A DNA stretch of 64,000 nt, taken from assembly GCF_009914755.1 (NCBI RefSeq), contig NC_060934.1; one strand, given 5' to 3'. This DNA comes from the human T2T-CHM13v2.0 reference genome, Homo sapiens. Shown one piece after another: positions 1-19,850 of this stretch (within the stretch, counting starts at the first letter, position 1; each line of letters opens with the position of its first letter). The translations under genes and the position numbers were made by a program. Below the pieces are notes generated by a model, which worked only from the letters and a program-made list of their open reading frames with translations, made no database searches and had not been told where the DNA came from.

Positions 1-51
1 AACAAGTGCTACAGAATTAGCTGCAGGTAATATTTCCACAGGTGTTTGGGG

Positions 52-389
<338 letters not shown>

Positions 390-799
390 TGATGCTAACA
401 AAGTACATTATTAATGCTGCTTGCAGTGGGCTTACTGAGATCAGCAATCACTGTCTGTTTGTTCACTGATGAACTGAAAGCAGTGTCTGGGGTAGGGTAG
501 CTACTCACTAAATATTCGTGAAATGCCTGCTGGATGAGTTATTTCTCTTTTCCTCCTTGGCTGAGATGAAGGGAGAGAAAGACAAGAGTGACAGTGGATT
601 GCATGCATTCAAAGACCAGTATCTGCCTGGCAAGAAGATGCTGGAGAGGTAGTAATGGCCATATTTCATATTTTAGCAATTCCACTGTGGATTCAATATC
701 TCCCCTTAGCTCCTGCCCTATCTTGTTTCTTCTTTTTCATAATCAAGCTTCCTGAAGAATATTCTGCACTTCTTATCTCCACTATTTGACTTTCCTTCT

Positions 800-1014
800 C
801 TCCTTTACTTACTGTAATCTTCCTGGCCACCACTCCACTGCGACAACTCTCACAAAGGTCACCAATGACGTCTTTCCACCAAGATCAAATGCACACATTT
901 TAATCTCTGTGTTTCTTGGTCTTCCTACTTCCTCTTTGAGTTCTCTCTTCTGTATGCTTTCAGTCTTCTGGCTTTCTTCCCACCTCTGTTAATTTGACCC
1001 TTCTCAGTTCCTTC
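800..1014 (+). mobile_element. L2 LINE fragment (5' part, interrupted by L1)
   Basis: caccactccactg...aaggtcaccaatgac...aaatgcac resembles L2 ORF2 consensus. Confidence 0.7.
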
Positions 1015-5792
<4,778 letters not shown>

Positions 5793-6218
5793 ACCCCAAA
5801 GAGTCTTCATAATCTTCAGAATAAAATTCAAACTCCTCAGCAAGCCATGCAAAGCTCTTATGATCCATCTCTGCCTGTCCCTCCATCCCCAGCCCACCAA
5901 GTTCCTTGCAACCACATGCAGCTACAGTGAAGTTCTTCTTCCTGAAACACACTCACCCTCCTTTGCCCTGGCAATTCCCAATTATCCTTCAAGATTCAAT
6001 TTATGTGTTGCCTCCTCTGATGAGGTGGCTCAGTGCATACTTCTATCAAAGCACTTACTGTACCATTCTAATTTTGTTTACTTGTCTATTTTAGCAACTA
6101 GATTGTGGGCTACTTAAGAAGAAAGTCATTTCTTCTATCTCTATATTTTCAGAAGTAATCACAGTGCCTGGCTTGTAATAAGTGCTCAATAAATGTACGT
6201 TGAAAGAATGAGTGAATG
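5793..6218 (+). mobile_element. L2 LINE 3' end
   Basis: cagaataaaattcaaactcc... and terminal cacagtgcctggcttgtaataagtgctcaataaatg...gaatgagtgaatg. Confidence 0.8.
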
Positions 6219-6267
6219 TCCTCAAGTTGGGAAGCAGCACATGGGGGTCAAGGTCAGCTCTAATAGA

Positions 6268-6765
6268 GGGTAGTGGACATCTGTCATTCTTTTTGGCCAC
6301 CTAGTATCTGAACTTTCCTTCTATGTCTATGGAATTCCTCGCTTTGAGTTTCAGGAGGAAGCAGAGCCTACCTCCCAATCTAGATGCTGATGATATCAGT
6401 AGCTAACTAGTCCCATCTTTCCTGTATCTGTGGCATTAGCTCTGACCTGACTTCTTACAATCTGAGGTATGTCCCCACCCCAAGACTGAATGGGAAGCTA
6501 GCAGCTTAAAGTAGAAGAACTGGAAACAGTGGCCACTAAGCAAATTTGCATTCTTGGCCCGACAACAGTGGTCTGGTGTTGCCAGCCAGCAGAATCAGAG
6601 GACCAGGCTGCAGCCTCTGAGGTCAAAGTTGCAGCAGAGCGGTCACCAGGCTGGGTCTGCAGCAGTCTGGGGTGTGGTCCCTGGATGTCAGCCCAGAGCC
6701 TAATTCTCCAGTGTCCTGGTGACTCCATTTCTATTGCTTGCAACTACAAACCCTGACTAATACCG
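6268..6765 (+). mobile_element. Old ERVL-class LTR (LTR33/LTR50-like)
   Basis: Start gtagtggacatctgtcat and end ttgcttgcaact...ccctgactaatac resemble ERVL LTR termini. Confidence 0.4.
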
Positions 6766-8269
6766 AGAGGTTTTGAAGGTACAGCTTGTCACCAAGATGT
6801 AGCACAACGAAAACCAGGTAAAATTCCAGGGCCCTCAAGGCCTGAGCAACCCCCAGAGGGACCATGTGGCCTCCTTGCTTAAGCGCCCACTGGCCTGGAT
6901 TTTACCCACTTCTTCCTCAAAGCAGGGTGTAAGAATAGATCTGATTATACCTTTGGGATCTAGAGTAACTTTCCTTTAAAATAAGAAAAAGAGCCAGAAT
7001 GCTTCTCGTAGAGCCCAAGCCTCTGTGTTCTCTGGTGTGCTCGGAGTTCAGCACCAGATGAGACAATCCAAGGGCTGCGAGAGGCTGGAGCTTAGTGCCA
7101 GCCACCCTTTCCGGAAGGGATGAATTGCCAAGGTGGAAAGGCTATGTTTATAAGCCAGGAAACAATGCCACTTAGAAGAAACAAAAACCCAGACTGTGTG
7201 ATCTGCCAGACTCTTAAAAGCCAGCTTGTCTGAGGATCCAGGGCCTGATTGAGACTCTGAGGGGTGACTGCCGGATGGAAGGCTGTGCCCTCCGTGTGAC
7301 CTAATGCACTGTCAGCTCCGCCCCACCAGTGAGGTCCTCCTTCCCCTTCCCCCTCTCAATCAATCTGGCAGTGCCTTGTTCCTTCTTCCTGGCTAAAATC
7401 TACTCAGCATATCAAAGCTAGAATGTGAGTTCATCCATTTACTAAAACACATACTTCATTATATAATAATTTCCCCTGGCCCTAGCACCCTTTCTCCCTG
7501 GTCAAATGAATAATGTAACAGCCTTACTAGAACCAAGTCATGACCAAAGTTCACATCCCAGCCACAGCGAGGCCTTCGCAGAGATGGGAACCGAGCCAGC
7601 AGCCCAGGAGCTGCTTATTCCATATCCCTCTATCTGGACCATCTCTCCCCATTGCCCTCTTCCATCCCAGGGAGCAGGGGCACCATCCTCCCTACCATCC
7701 CGCTGAAGTCCCTAAAATTGCCAGCAACCATGTCTTTTGAGAAAAGGCACAGTTCCAAAACCACATTATGCCAACACAAATGTGTTATGGAGGGGTCATG
7801 AGAGCCACTAGCACGTCCACAAAGAGTTCTTGAGAGAATGAAACCTAAGGTCAGAAACAGGGAAGGAAAGATAGGTCTAATCCCACCTGGGAACGCCAGG
7901 AAGGCTGCCATGCAGGAGGCACCTCAGAGGCCATCTTGAAGAGCGAGGGGGTGGGGCCTAAGGCACCTGGGAACTCCGGAAGTTGGAAGCGAACAGCTCC
8001 AGCGAGGAGGGCACCAGGAAAAAATCACCCTGGGCCAGAAGAACAATATGGAGGCAAAGCCAGGATGAAAACCCATTGGTAGCATCCTCAAGGCTTTCTT
8101 ATGGAAGAAGAATTGCTCTCACCCACAAGCGTCTTCTAAAGGTATCCCCAGAGACAACTGCCTGTGGCTAAAGCCAAGACTTGGGGCATGGGGTGTCTTT
8201 GGAAACCAGGGGAGCCACATCGTAACGGAAAGACATAAACATAGAACTCCCTAGAAAAGCATTTTTTTA

Positions 8270-8770
<501 letters not shown>

Positions 8771-9449
8771 CTAGACGGGAAGGGGGCTCCAAGGGTGGCT
8801 TCTTGGAGAGGGATGGGACAGAGTGGGGACCTGAAGGCTGTGGGGTGCATGGGCAGATGCTGGACACCCCTCAGGGTACCATGAGGAATCAGGGGTGGGC
8901 ACGATGGGGGAGCTTGGCCTCCAGCTTTTTCACTCTTGTTCCAGTTCAGCAATCAGGAGCAGACCTGCCCAAGGCATGGTTTCCATGGTGGCACATCTGG
9001 GAGGGGCCTGGCCCCATGTGCTGTTGACATCCGCTAGGTAATGAGGAGGAAGCACATGGGCCCCAGCTGGGCAGATGGGCTCTGCACATCTGCTGCCTCC
9101 CTTCCTCATTAGGGTCCCAGGGGAGCGGCGGAATCCAGACACAAAGACCCCACCCCAGCCTCCCCAAGGAGGATGCACACATGGGTTTCCAATGCAACTC
9201 TTCATTATTAAAACGAGAGGACGTTTTGGGAAAATGTTTGATGTTTGTACAATTTCTCATACACAGCCCTTGTCCTGCCAGGAGCTAAGTGTGCTTGGAC
9301 CATACAGCATGGCCTGTGCTTGCTTTTGTGAGCAGAACAGTCCAGCTGGGAAACCACCACTGAGAAGGGGAGTCTGAAAACCTAGGCTGTTCGAAGCACT
9401 GGGCAGAGCTCCCAGGGAAGACAAGTTGAATAGAGTGAACTTATATGGG

Positions 9450-9617
9450 ATTTTTTTCTTTTTTTTCTTAGAGACAGGGTCCAGCTCTGTCACCCAGGCT
9501 GGAGTGCAGTGATGTGATCAGAGCTCATTACAGCCTTTACCTCCTGGGCTAAAGCGATCCTCCAACTCAGCTTCCCAAAGTGATGGAAATTACAGCCGTG
9601 AGCCACTACTCCCGGCC
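9450..9617 (-). mobile_element. FRAM/monomeric Alu
   Basis: Single-arm Alu sequence with T-rich tail. Confidence 0.8.
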
Positions 9618-10599
9618 TCCTTATAAGGAAATTATTTGAAAAAACTGTGAGGAGTCCTGGGATCCCCAGAGATCTATCGACCCTACACAGCTGCTTCTAG
9701 AGTTGACTCTGTGTTCCGCAAGAGCTGCAGGGCCAAGAGCTTGAGGAAGTGCCAGGCTGCTGAGAGAAGGTTGTAACGCACCGAGACTGAAGCCCAGGCC
9801 TGGGCTTCCACTTCCGCCTCCAAAGGAGGTAAAGGGCTGGGAACAAGACCAGTGAGTTTCCCAAATGGCTGGGAAGGTGAGAAGTTTGCAAAATGAATGA
9901 AGGGAATCAGAAAATAGGTTTAATCCATGGCACCTCCCTTGCTCTGGGTTTCTGGTGTTTTTGAAATACCCACTGGTTTCCCTATTGTGATATTTACTGG
10001 GCCAAGGAGGATTTTTTTCCATTTCAGACTGATGTCACTCCCAGCCTGTTGGTTTCCCAATATCCCATCTGCTGAGGCAGCAGACTCCCGCAGGGAGCCT
10101 AAGCCATGGGCTGTGGCCAGAGAGACAGGCAATCCATCCTTCCTGTTTGTGCTCAGCCTGGAAAGTGAAGCCTGGAAAAAGGGACTCAACCAATCTCCCT
10201 GACTTGAGGGCTTCTCCCCTTTTGCCCCTCACTCACCTCTTTGCAGTGTGATCATCTCTGAGCCTCCCTCCAGGGAGGAAGGACAGAGTGCCTGGAAGGC
10301 ATCCAGCTTTGCAGTTTCTCGATCCTGTACCCTGAGAGGTTTCCCTATCCCATTCTACCAGCAAAACATTCAGACGAGTGTTTTGCTTCTTTTCTGGGAG
10401 GTAGTCCAGATACAAAGACATATAGGTTCTAGTAAACCTCGGTTGTGAATAAGAAGAGTTTTAGTATAGGACGCAAACTGTCAATCCTGATGTAAGTGAA
10501 CCACGCTGTGGAGTTTAATCGCATCGTGTATGTGGGACCTCTGTGTGGGAAAGAATCTGTTGGCGACTATAAGATGAATGCATCAGACTCATAAAAGCT

Positions 10600-10896
10600 G
10601 GCCAGGTTTGGTGGTTCACACCTGTAATCCCAGCAGTTTGGGAGATGGAGCCAGGTGGCTTGCTGAGCCACAGGAGTTCAAGACCAGCCTGGGCAATGTG
10701 GCGAGACCCCATCTCTACAAAAAATACAAAAATTAGCCGGGTGTGGTGGCACATGCCTGTGGTCCCAGCTACTTTGGAGGCTGAGGCCAGAGGACTGCTT
10801 TAGCCAAGGAGGTTGAGGCTACAGTGAGCTGTGATCACACCACTGTACTCCAGCTTGGGCAACAGAGCAAGACCCTGTCTCAAAAAAAAAAAAAAA
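10600..10896 (+). mobile_element. AluJ
   Basis: Full-length, 14-bp TSD gactcataaaagct. Confidence 0.95.
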
Positions 10897-11099
10897 TGAC
10901 TCATAAAAGCTTAGCCATTCAAATAGCACATTGTATAAGAGAAATGCCAAGACTGAGTAATTTTATCCACTAAGTATAATTTTAATAAAGTATCAGTGTT
11001 CCCAAAGTACAAAGCTGACCCTCTAAAGTTTCTAGCTCAAAAGCTATTTATGGCATTACCAAAAAGATGGTAAAAAGAGTGATCGTAGTTGTCAGTGTG

Positions 11100-11215
11100 T
11101 AGACACACACAGACACAAACACAACACACAGAAACACAGGCAGAGCACACACGCATGTTCACACTGCACACAAAGGTATACACTCAGAAACACACATACA
11201 TATCAATACACACAT
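11100..11215. repeat. Degenerate (CA)n low-complexity tract
   Basis: Interrupted acacac runs. Confidence 0.7.
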
Positions 11216-11874
11216 AAAAAGTTTTTATGATCACCCTTTTCCCAACAACCCAAGCTCTGCCACTGGCTCCTAACCAGGATAGCAATGGTGACAAGGAGTG
11301 ATGGATGGGAGCTTAAAACCCCGTTACATCAAAGCCGTGAAGATTAGATTAAAAACCAAGCTCTCCCTCTCTATCCCAACACCTTCATCATGGGAGGTCT
11401 TCCTCAAACTTGCTGATGCTCAAGTGAAATTCACAATATACAGGAAGAACTTCTAGATTTTACCAGAGAGCACCAGTGTAATTATCTGGTGCTTAGTTAA
11501 CTCCCAAAGTGAAATCGAGCTCATCTTTTTCAGTTTTCCTCAGATCCATTATGTTTGTTGTGTGTAGATGGTTGGGAAGGAAATAAGGGGAAAGGAATGA
11601 AATAAAAAGTTAAGGGTAAATGTTTCCATGACTGACTTTTGTTTACTTCAATTTTTTACTTCACATCTGTTCTTCCATGAGAATGATAAATTTTACTGTT
11701 TCTCAAAGAAGAGAAGAAAATATGCTTAACATTTCCATTTTAGTAACCAGAGAAAGTATTTTATGATTTGTTTCCCCAAATTTCAACATCTTCCCCCCAC
11801 CTATATAAAATATAACAAATACTATGGCTAAAAAAAAAATCTTGAATCCAACTAACCAATTTTTTATATCATAG

Positions 11875-12232
<358 letters not shown>

Positions 12233-12239
12233 TGAAATG

Positions 12240-12745
12240 CATCTGCAGGGGTCGTGGAGCCTCTTCTGAGTCCACGGTGCCCCTGTCCTGCTGAATGGCA
12301 ATGTGCTATGGGAAAGACTTCGTCACTCCCAGCTCCAGAGGTGAGACCTGACTTGACTAATCCAAGCAGAGTGGTCTTATCCCTTAAACACGAGGACAAC
12401 AGAAGAAAGTCCATGAGTTTTTCTATGGTTGGAAAAGGAATGTGCCCTCTCCCTGCTCATCTCTCTCTTCCAGCTGAACGAGGATGTGATGATCTAAAAC
12501 CCTCAGAACTACTGGCAGCCATGTGGCCAGCAAGAGGGGAGTCAGCTTCTAAAGGGAGCTGACATCGTGAAAAGCAGAGGCCACGTGGAAGGAGCTGGTC
12601 TTCGGTGCCATCTTTGAGCCACTGCATCAAGCCACTGTGATGCCTGCCCTGACTCTGGCCTTTTCAGTAACAGAAGCTGTACTTTTCTTAGTCGTTTGAG
12701 CTGTGATTTGTGCCTGTAAGATGCAGATGCACCTTGATAGGTACA
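12240..12745 (+). mobile_element. Old ERVL LTR (LTR33/LTR16-like)
   Basis: Motifs cccagctccagagg, ggcagccatgt, gagccactgcatcaagcc. Confidence 0.5.
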
Positions 12746-13272
12746 GCACATCTGCTGTGTTTCTGCAACCATACGGATAATTTTATTTTCCTTATTGCAA
12801 TCCATTACATCCTGAATATTCACAAACATCTTTCCTTTTAAAATTATCAAGTCAAAGATAAAATACAGACCTGGGGAAAATGAAAAGTAGTTCTTAACAC
12901 CAAGCTTGGATTTGATTCCTAACTGCGTTTCTGAGGTCATCTCTGCTTACCAGGGCCAGGAATTGAGTCAAGAGCTGCTTTAATGGCAGTTTAATTTACC
13001 TGACAATATTTTCATTGCCAGAGAAAAGCATATTTTAGATGAATAGAAACTTAAAAACCAACCAGTTGAGCCAAGTCATAAACATAGTAGTTTCATGACT
13101 TGACACTTCTGTGGAGTATTTAACACCAACCATGGTCTAAATGAAACTTAAAATAATTCAAGGGTCCTGGAGAAATCTATTTTGAGCATGAACAAGTCCC
13201 ATTAGGTAGCAGGCCAGGGTTGGGTATAGGAGAGTAGAACTACCAGCCATAGAATCAAAAGTAAGATTCCCC

Positions 13273-13478
13273 ACCTGAGGTCAGGAGTTCAAGACCAACC
13301 TGGCCAACATGGTGAAACCCCATCTCTACAAAAATACAAAAATTAGCTGGGCATGATGGTGGGTGCCTGTAATCCCAGCTACTCAGGAGGCTGAGATGGG
13401 AGAATTGCTTGAACCTGGGAGGCAGAGGTTGTGTGAGATTCTGTCTCAAAAAAAAAAAAAAGAAAAAAGAAAAGAAAG
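13273..13478 (+). mobile_element. 5'-truncated AluS with internal deletion
   Basis: Starts at cctgaggtcagg; 16-bp TSD aaagtaagattcccca. Confidence 0.9.
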
Positions 13479-13914
13479 TAAGATTCCCCAGGCAAAGGCT
13501 CTGTAGACACCATGCTACACACCATCATCCTCAATTTAATCCTGTCAATCAATTCCCTTGTAACTATTCTCTCTAGAAATCTCACCATTGATTCCTTTTT
13601 CATCCATCCTTCTCCAGAGAACACCTTTTCACTCACCGAAACGAAACTCAGCACAAAATCCATAATCACAAGGTGTTTATATCTTTAAGATGATGAGGAA
13701 AGAACTCAGGACACTGAATTATCATGAAAGGCTCCAAATTTTAGAGACAAATGTGACATCATTGCCTTAGAAACTTCTTATCTACACCCCATCCCCAAAT
13801 TTTCAGAAGAGTAAATTTTACTCTGAAAGTTTAAGAGATGAGCTCAATATCCATTGAGCACGTTGGTGGGGGACTAAAGCTCAGGCTTTTCTGACTCCAA
13901 AACCCAATAAATAT

Positions 13915-14205
13915 ACACTACTATATATTTGTTTATGTGTCTGACTGTCCCACCAGACTGTGAAAAATTTAAGGGCAGGGGCTCTTTTTTTCCTTTTTAT
14001 CTATTATGATTGGCACCTAGAGCAGGCCCTGGCACATAGGAAGAGCTTAATAAATGTTTATTGAACAAATTAAAGGATGGATCAATAAAATCAAAATCAG
14101 GGGGAGCTTTATGGTATAGTGCCTTCATATATTCTTCTCACTTAATCTGTTTAATATTGTGAATATTTCTGTGGCCCATTCATTATTCTACAAATTGATG
14201 AAAAT
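13915..14205 (+). repeat. Direct local duplication A, copy 1 (L2 3' end plus flank); pairs with 17447-18047
   Basis: Colinear similarity, e.g. taaaggat..caataaaatcaaaat..tttatggtatag.gccttcat and ccattcattattcta. Confidence 0.85.
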
Positions 14206-14237
14206 ATTAATAAATTAATTCTCTTCATCAAACTCTT

Positions 14238-15469
14238 TGTGATAGTCTTGGGTGTCAATTTGGCTAGGGCACAGTACCTAGGTATTTAATCAAACACGAA
14301 TCCAGGAGTAGCTGTGAAAGTATTTTGTAGATATGGTTAACATCTACAATCAGCTGACTTTAAATAAAGCCTTGATCGTGTGGGTGGGCCTCATCCAATC
14401 ATTCAATGGCTTTAAGAAGAAAGACTGGGGTTTCCCAACAAAAAAGGATTCTGCCTCAAGACTGCAGCATCCAGCGAGGTTGTGGAGAAAAGGGAATGCT
14501 TATCCACTGATGGTGGGTGTGTAAATTAGTTCAGCCATTGTGGAGGACAGTGTGGTGATTCTTCAAAGACTTAAAGACAGAAATACCATTTAACCCAGCA
14601 ATCCCATTACCGGGTATACACCCAAAGGAATACAAATTGTTCTACCATAAAGGCATGCATGCGTATGTTTATTGCAACACTGCTCACAATAGCAAAGACA
14701 TGAAATCAACCTAAATGCCCATCAATGATAGACTAGATAAGAAAATGTGGTATATATGCACCATGGATTACTATGCAGCCATAAAAAGAAACGAGATCAT
14801 GTCATTTGCAGGGACATGGATGGAACTGGAGGCCATCATTCTTAGCAAACTAACACAAGAACAGAAAACCAAATATCGTGTGTTCTTACTTATAAGTGGG
14901 AGCTAAATGATGAGAACACATAGACACACAGAGGGGAACAACACACACTGGGGCCTTTTGGAGGGTGGAGCAGGGAGAGGATCAGGAAAAATAACTAATG
15001 GGTACTAGGCTTAATACCTGGATGATAAAATAGTCTCTACAACAAACCCCCATGACACAAGTTTACATATGTAACACCAAATCTGCACTTGTAACCCTAA
15101 ACTTAAAAGTTAAAATAAATAAATAATAAAACATTTTTTAAAACCAACCAAACAAAAACCATACAAGTTGCTCTAGGGTTGGGAATTTTGTTTAATGCAT
15201 CCTATGTACCTAATATAGTCAATGTTTCTTAGCAAATAATAGATTCACAATAAATATTTTTGCTGACTGAAAAAAAAAAAAAAAGACTGCAGTGTCCAAT
15301 CCTGCCTGAGTTTCCAGGCTGCTAACCTGTCCTGTGAATGTTGGACTTGCCGGCCCCTATAACTGCATGGATCAACTCCTTAAAATGTATCTCTCTCTCT
15401 CTCTGTTCTGTGTTCTCTCTCTCTCTATCTCTCTCAGTTCTGTTTCTTGAAAGAACCCTGGCTAACAAA
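14238..15469 (+). mobile_element. MLT2 (ERVL) LTR split by an L1 insertion (14238-14473 and 15283-15469)
   Basis: MLT2 motifs tgtcaatttggctaggg, gtgggtgggcctcatccaatc, ggattctgcctcaagactgcag, end gaaccctggctaac. Confidence 0.85.
14474..15284 (+). mobile_element. 5'-truncated L1PA13-16-type 3' end carrying a 3' transduction
   Basis: ORF2 C-terminus and 3'UTR, A-rich tail, ~110 bp extra DNA with AATAAA at 15249, second poly(A); TSD aagactgcag(ca/tg)tcca. Confidence 0.9.
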
Positions 15470-16356
15470 CTATTCAGTGAGCCAGACGGAGCGAATCCAA
15501 AATTTCCCTGCAGAAAGTTGAGAGATTGAGAGGGCAGTCTGTGTGATGCAAGAAACCACTGCCTGATGACTTCCGCAGGCAGCTGGAGAGGTGTGAATGA
15601 GACCTTAAGGCTGCAATGTCACATAGTGAAGCCCAAGCAGGAAATCTCTAGCAGCTAAAGAAAAGACGTTACCTTTGAGGATTTCTTAAAGCAGGCAGGG
15701 CCTTTTTCTCATAACGTCCAAGGTAAAAGGAAAACAAGATCTCCCGTTGAAATCATTTGGTTGGAATCCATTCTAGAGAAGGAAGGATAAAACCCTTCTG
15801 CCATTTTTCTTCTTTATTCTCTTCACAAAACCATCTGGTTGGGTTTTTTGTTTTTGTTTCTGTTTTTTTCTTGGAGGGACAAGTCACGGAGCTTGAAGGT
15901 AAGTTTTGAAAGATCTCCAGTTAGTTGCCAAGTATATAATTATGCTTTGGAGATGAATATTTGAAGGATGCCACCAATTCTCTTTGCAAGATAGGAGGGG
16001 AAAAAAAGTCTCTGTGCAGCGCTCATAAGCAGAACAATTTTTAAGTTTCAAAGGAGATTTGACAAGGCATCACTTACAGATTGTGAAAGAGTAATTTAAA
16101 AACGGTGAATACGTCATGGAAACTTCCTTTTCCCTTCCTACTTTGTTCTGCCCCTGACTTGACAAAGCAATGGCCAGGAATCCTTCACACCTGGTAGTGG
16201 GAACTGTTTTCCTTAAGGAATTTAGAAAATTGCGAGGATAACGGAAGCTGTTGCATGATGCTGACTAGGATATTTCATTGCCTATTTCACGGAAATACTG
16301 CCAGCCAGTTCTCAGAGCCCGGCTTTCACAAATCCTCGGTCTCCATGAAGTAGCTC

Positions 16357-16525
16357 AGTGGTTCCCAATTCTGGCTGCGTGTTAGAATTACTAGAGGGAG
16401 GTTTTTAAAAATACGGGTGCCATAGTTCCATCTCCGAACAATTAACTACCAAGTTCTGGGGTGTTAGCATTAATATTAGTAACTTTTTAAAAACTCCCCC
16501 AAGTGATTCTGAGCATCCAAGAGCA
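16357..16525. mobile_element. MER5-type hAT-Charlie DNA transposon
   Basis: cagtggttcccaattctggctgc...ttttaaaaactccccc aagtgattct. Confidence 0.75.
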
Positions 16526-16680
16526 GCGCAGGGCCTGACAGCCTCTGCACTGGGTGGGAGTAGAGCATGGCACAGGTGGCCCTAGATGCCCAGCCGGGCT
16601 CCCCGTCTGGAGCGAGTGCCAATAGGCCAGCCCCTGAGAAATCCAGGAGTGTGAAATATTCATCTTAAGTTAAAAGTCTG

Positions 16681-17135
16681 AGGCCGCGAGTGCTGGCACA
16701 CCTGCAACCCCAGGACTTTGGGAGGCTGAGGCGAGAGGATCACTTGAGGTCAGCAGTTGCAGGCTAAAGTGAGCTAGGGTCACCACTGTACTCCAGCCTG
16801 GGCAACAAAGCAAGACCCTCTCAGAAAAAAAAAAAAAAAAAAAAAAAAGCCAGGCACAGAGGCTCATGCCTGTAATCCCAGCACTTTGGGAGGCCGAGGC
16901 AGGTGGATCACCTGAGGTTGGGAGTTCGAGACCAGCCTGACCAACATGGAGAAACCCCATCTCTACTAAAAATACAAAATTAGCCAGGTGTGGTGGCGCA
17001 TGACTGTAATCCCAGCTACTCAAGAGGCTGAGGCAGGAAATCGCTTGAACCCAGGAGGTGGAGGTTGCAGTGAGCCGAGATCGCACCACTGCACTTCCAG
17101 CCTGGGCAACAAGAGTGAAACTCTGTCTCAAAAAA

Positions 17136-17174
<39 letters not shown>

Positions 17175-17176
17175 AA
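16681..17176 (+). mobile_element. FRAM (16681-16848) followed by AluS with (TAAA)n tail
   Basis: Monomer plus poly(A), then a full dimeric Alu. Confidence 0.9.
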
Positions 17177-17446
17177 AGCAGCAAAGGTCTGGGCTGCTGA
17201 CATGCATTCCCACGTAGGTGAAAGAAGTATAGAACAAACAGTGCCAGCAGACTGACTTTTATTTTTTTTAAATCTTTGTTCTTTAAGCATTTTCATTTCA
17301 ACACTGTCTGCTCATATAGCCACTATTCTGGCCCCTTCTCTGCCATTCTTTCCTGGCGCCATCCCCAACACCCATTTCTGGTCTGGTGCCCTCTCCTGGG
17401 CTGCCAGGCACTTGGTGCTTACCTCAGTTGACGCACTTATCAAATG

Positions 17447-18047
<601 letters not shown>

Positions 18048-18691
18048 CAATTTAAGGCCACGTGGGAGAATAGGTTCCAAGATAATTTTTTTCCCTTGAA
18101 GAAGGAACTGTGTATTATTCAGATTTGAAACACAGTACTCAGAAAATTTTATTTTCAAGTGAACTCTGCTAGAGGGAATGGTTTCCTTTTGGCTGTCCTC
18201 TTCACCCATTTCCTGGCCCCTCACTGAAATTTCTTGCACGGCAGAGAACGAACCTCTGGATGTGCCAGTTTTCCGGTTTGCAAAATGAGGATAATCGCTT
18301 TTATGACTGCAGTACTATATTAGAAAGAGCAACTGCTTATACAGAACTTTAAGCATTACAGGAGAAAATATAGAATACTAATAACATAAATAATGATACC
18401 ACTGAATCAGGAACAGAAGAAAACAAACAGATGCATTTACCTTATTATTCTCTGCGACATTAATAGCACATGGAGAAGCATATAAATAGCACTGGTCACA
18501 TTAATGAGACACCAAACTATATTAAGCATATTGCCAAGAAGAGATGTACGTTTTTTCACAATTTTAGCTTTACGATCCATCTGGTTGAGGTTTTTTCTGA
18601 TATGCAGAGAACTCAATATCTAAAAGATGTTTTTAGTTTATCTGATTTAAGGATGAAGGATGTAATCTTGCACTTAATGGGTTACTGTCTA

Positions 18692-19016
<325 letters not shown>

Positions 19017-19363
19017 TTAATGAGAAAAAAGTAATTAATTTAATCAGGAACACATAATTTCAAATAAAATCTTTAACAGGTTATTTCTTTTGTGCTTACT
19101 CAGTAATAAGTGTGAAGTCTAACTTTAAAGTGTTAAAGTCTTCATTCATTTCTTAGGGCAACAAACTTTCATGGGGGCCTAATATGTGCTGAAGATGCTA
19201 TGAAGAATCAAACATTGGTTTTGCCTTTGAGTCGCTTGTTGTTAGGCAAGAAGCCAGACAAATCAGCATTTGCAATATAAGATAATAAATGCTAAAAGAG
19301 CATTTAATATTTATCTCATTTCTGTGGCTTATTGTTAAAAGTACCCATACAGTTATACACACT

Positions 19364-19465
19364 TTTTCTCCACATTGAGGCTTTTTATAAGTGAGATAAT
19401 ACATCTGTGTAGTATTTTCTCTACATTGGGGCTTTTTATAAGTGAGATAATACGTCTGCATAGTA
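19364..19465. repeat. 51-bp tandem duplication
   Basis: ttttctc(c/t)acattg(a/g)ggctttttataagtgagataatac(a/g)tctg..tagta x2. Confidence 0.9.
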
Positions 19466-19547
19466 TTTAGTTTGAGTAAGATTTTCTGGGTTTTGCCACT
19501 GAAAGCATGCTAATGATACAAGGAGGAAGTTTAGGAAGGGAGATAGC

Positions 19548-19850
19548 TCTTTTTTCTTTTTTTTCTTTTTGCGACAGTCTCGGTCTGTCACCCAGGCTGG
19601 AGTGCAGTGGTGCGATCTCAGCTCACTGCAACCTCCACCTCCCAGATTCAAGCGATTCTCCCACCTTCCTCTCAAGTAGCTGGGAGCACAGATGTGCTCC
19701 ACCACACCTGGCTAATTTTTGTATTTTTAGTAGAGGGGGGGGTTTCACCATGTTGGCCAGGCTGGTCTTGAACTCCTGGCCTCAAGTGATCCGCCCACCT
19801 CAGCTTCCCAATGTGCTGAGATTACAGGCATCCGCCACCGCACCGGGCCG
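19548..19850 (-). mobile_element. AluS
   Basis: Full-length reverse Alu. Confidence 0.95.

Noticed and set aside
10231-10330. Strong minus-strand donor GAG|GTGAGT at 10237/10236
   Set aside because: No convincing acceptor or coding signal upstream; such motifs occur by chance
13802-13828. Short palindrome agagtaaa-t-tttactct
   Set aside because: 8-bp arms are expected by chance in 64 kb
15845-15904. Plus-strand pyrimidine tract, GAG acceptor, 22 nt, then AAG|GTAAGT (possible micro-exon)
   Set aside because: GAG acceptor is weak and nothing else supports a plus-strand transcript
16670-17296. 208-aa ORF and the many similar [13 protein letters not shown]-type ORFs
   Set aside because: Antisense Alu translations
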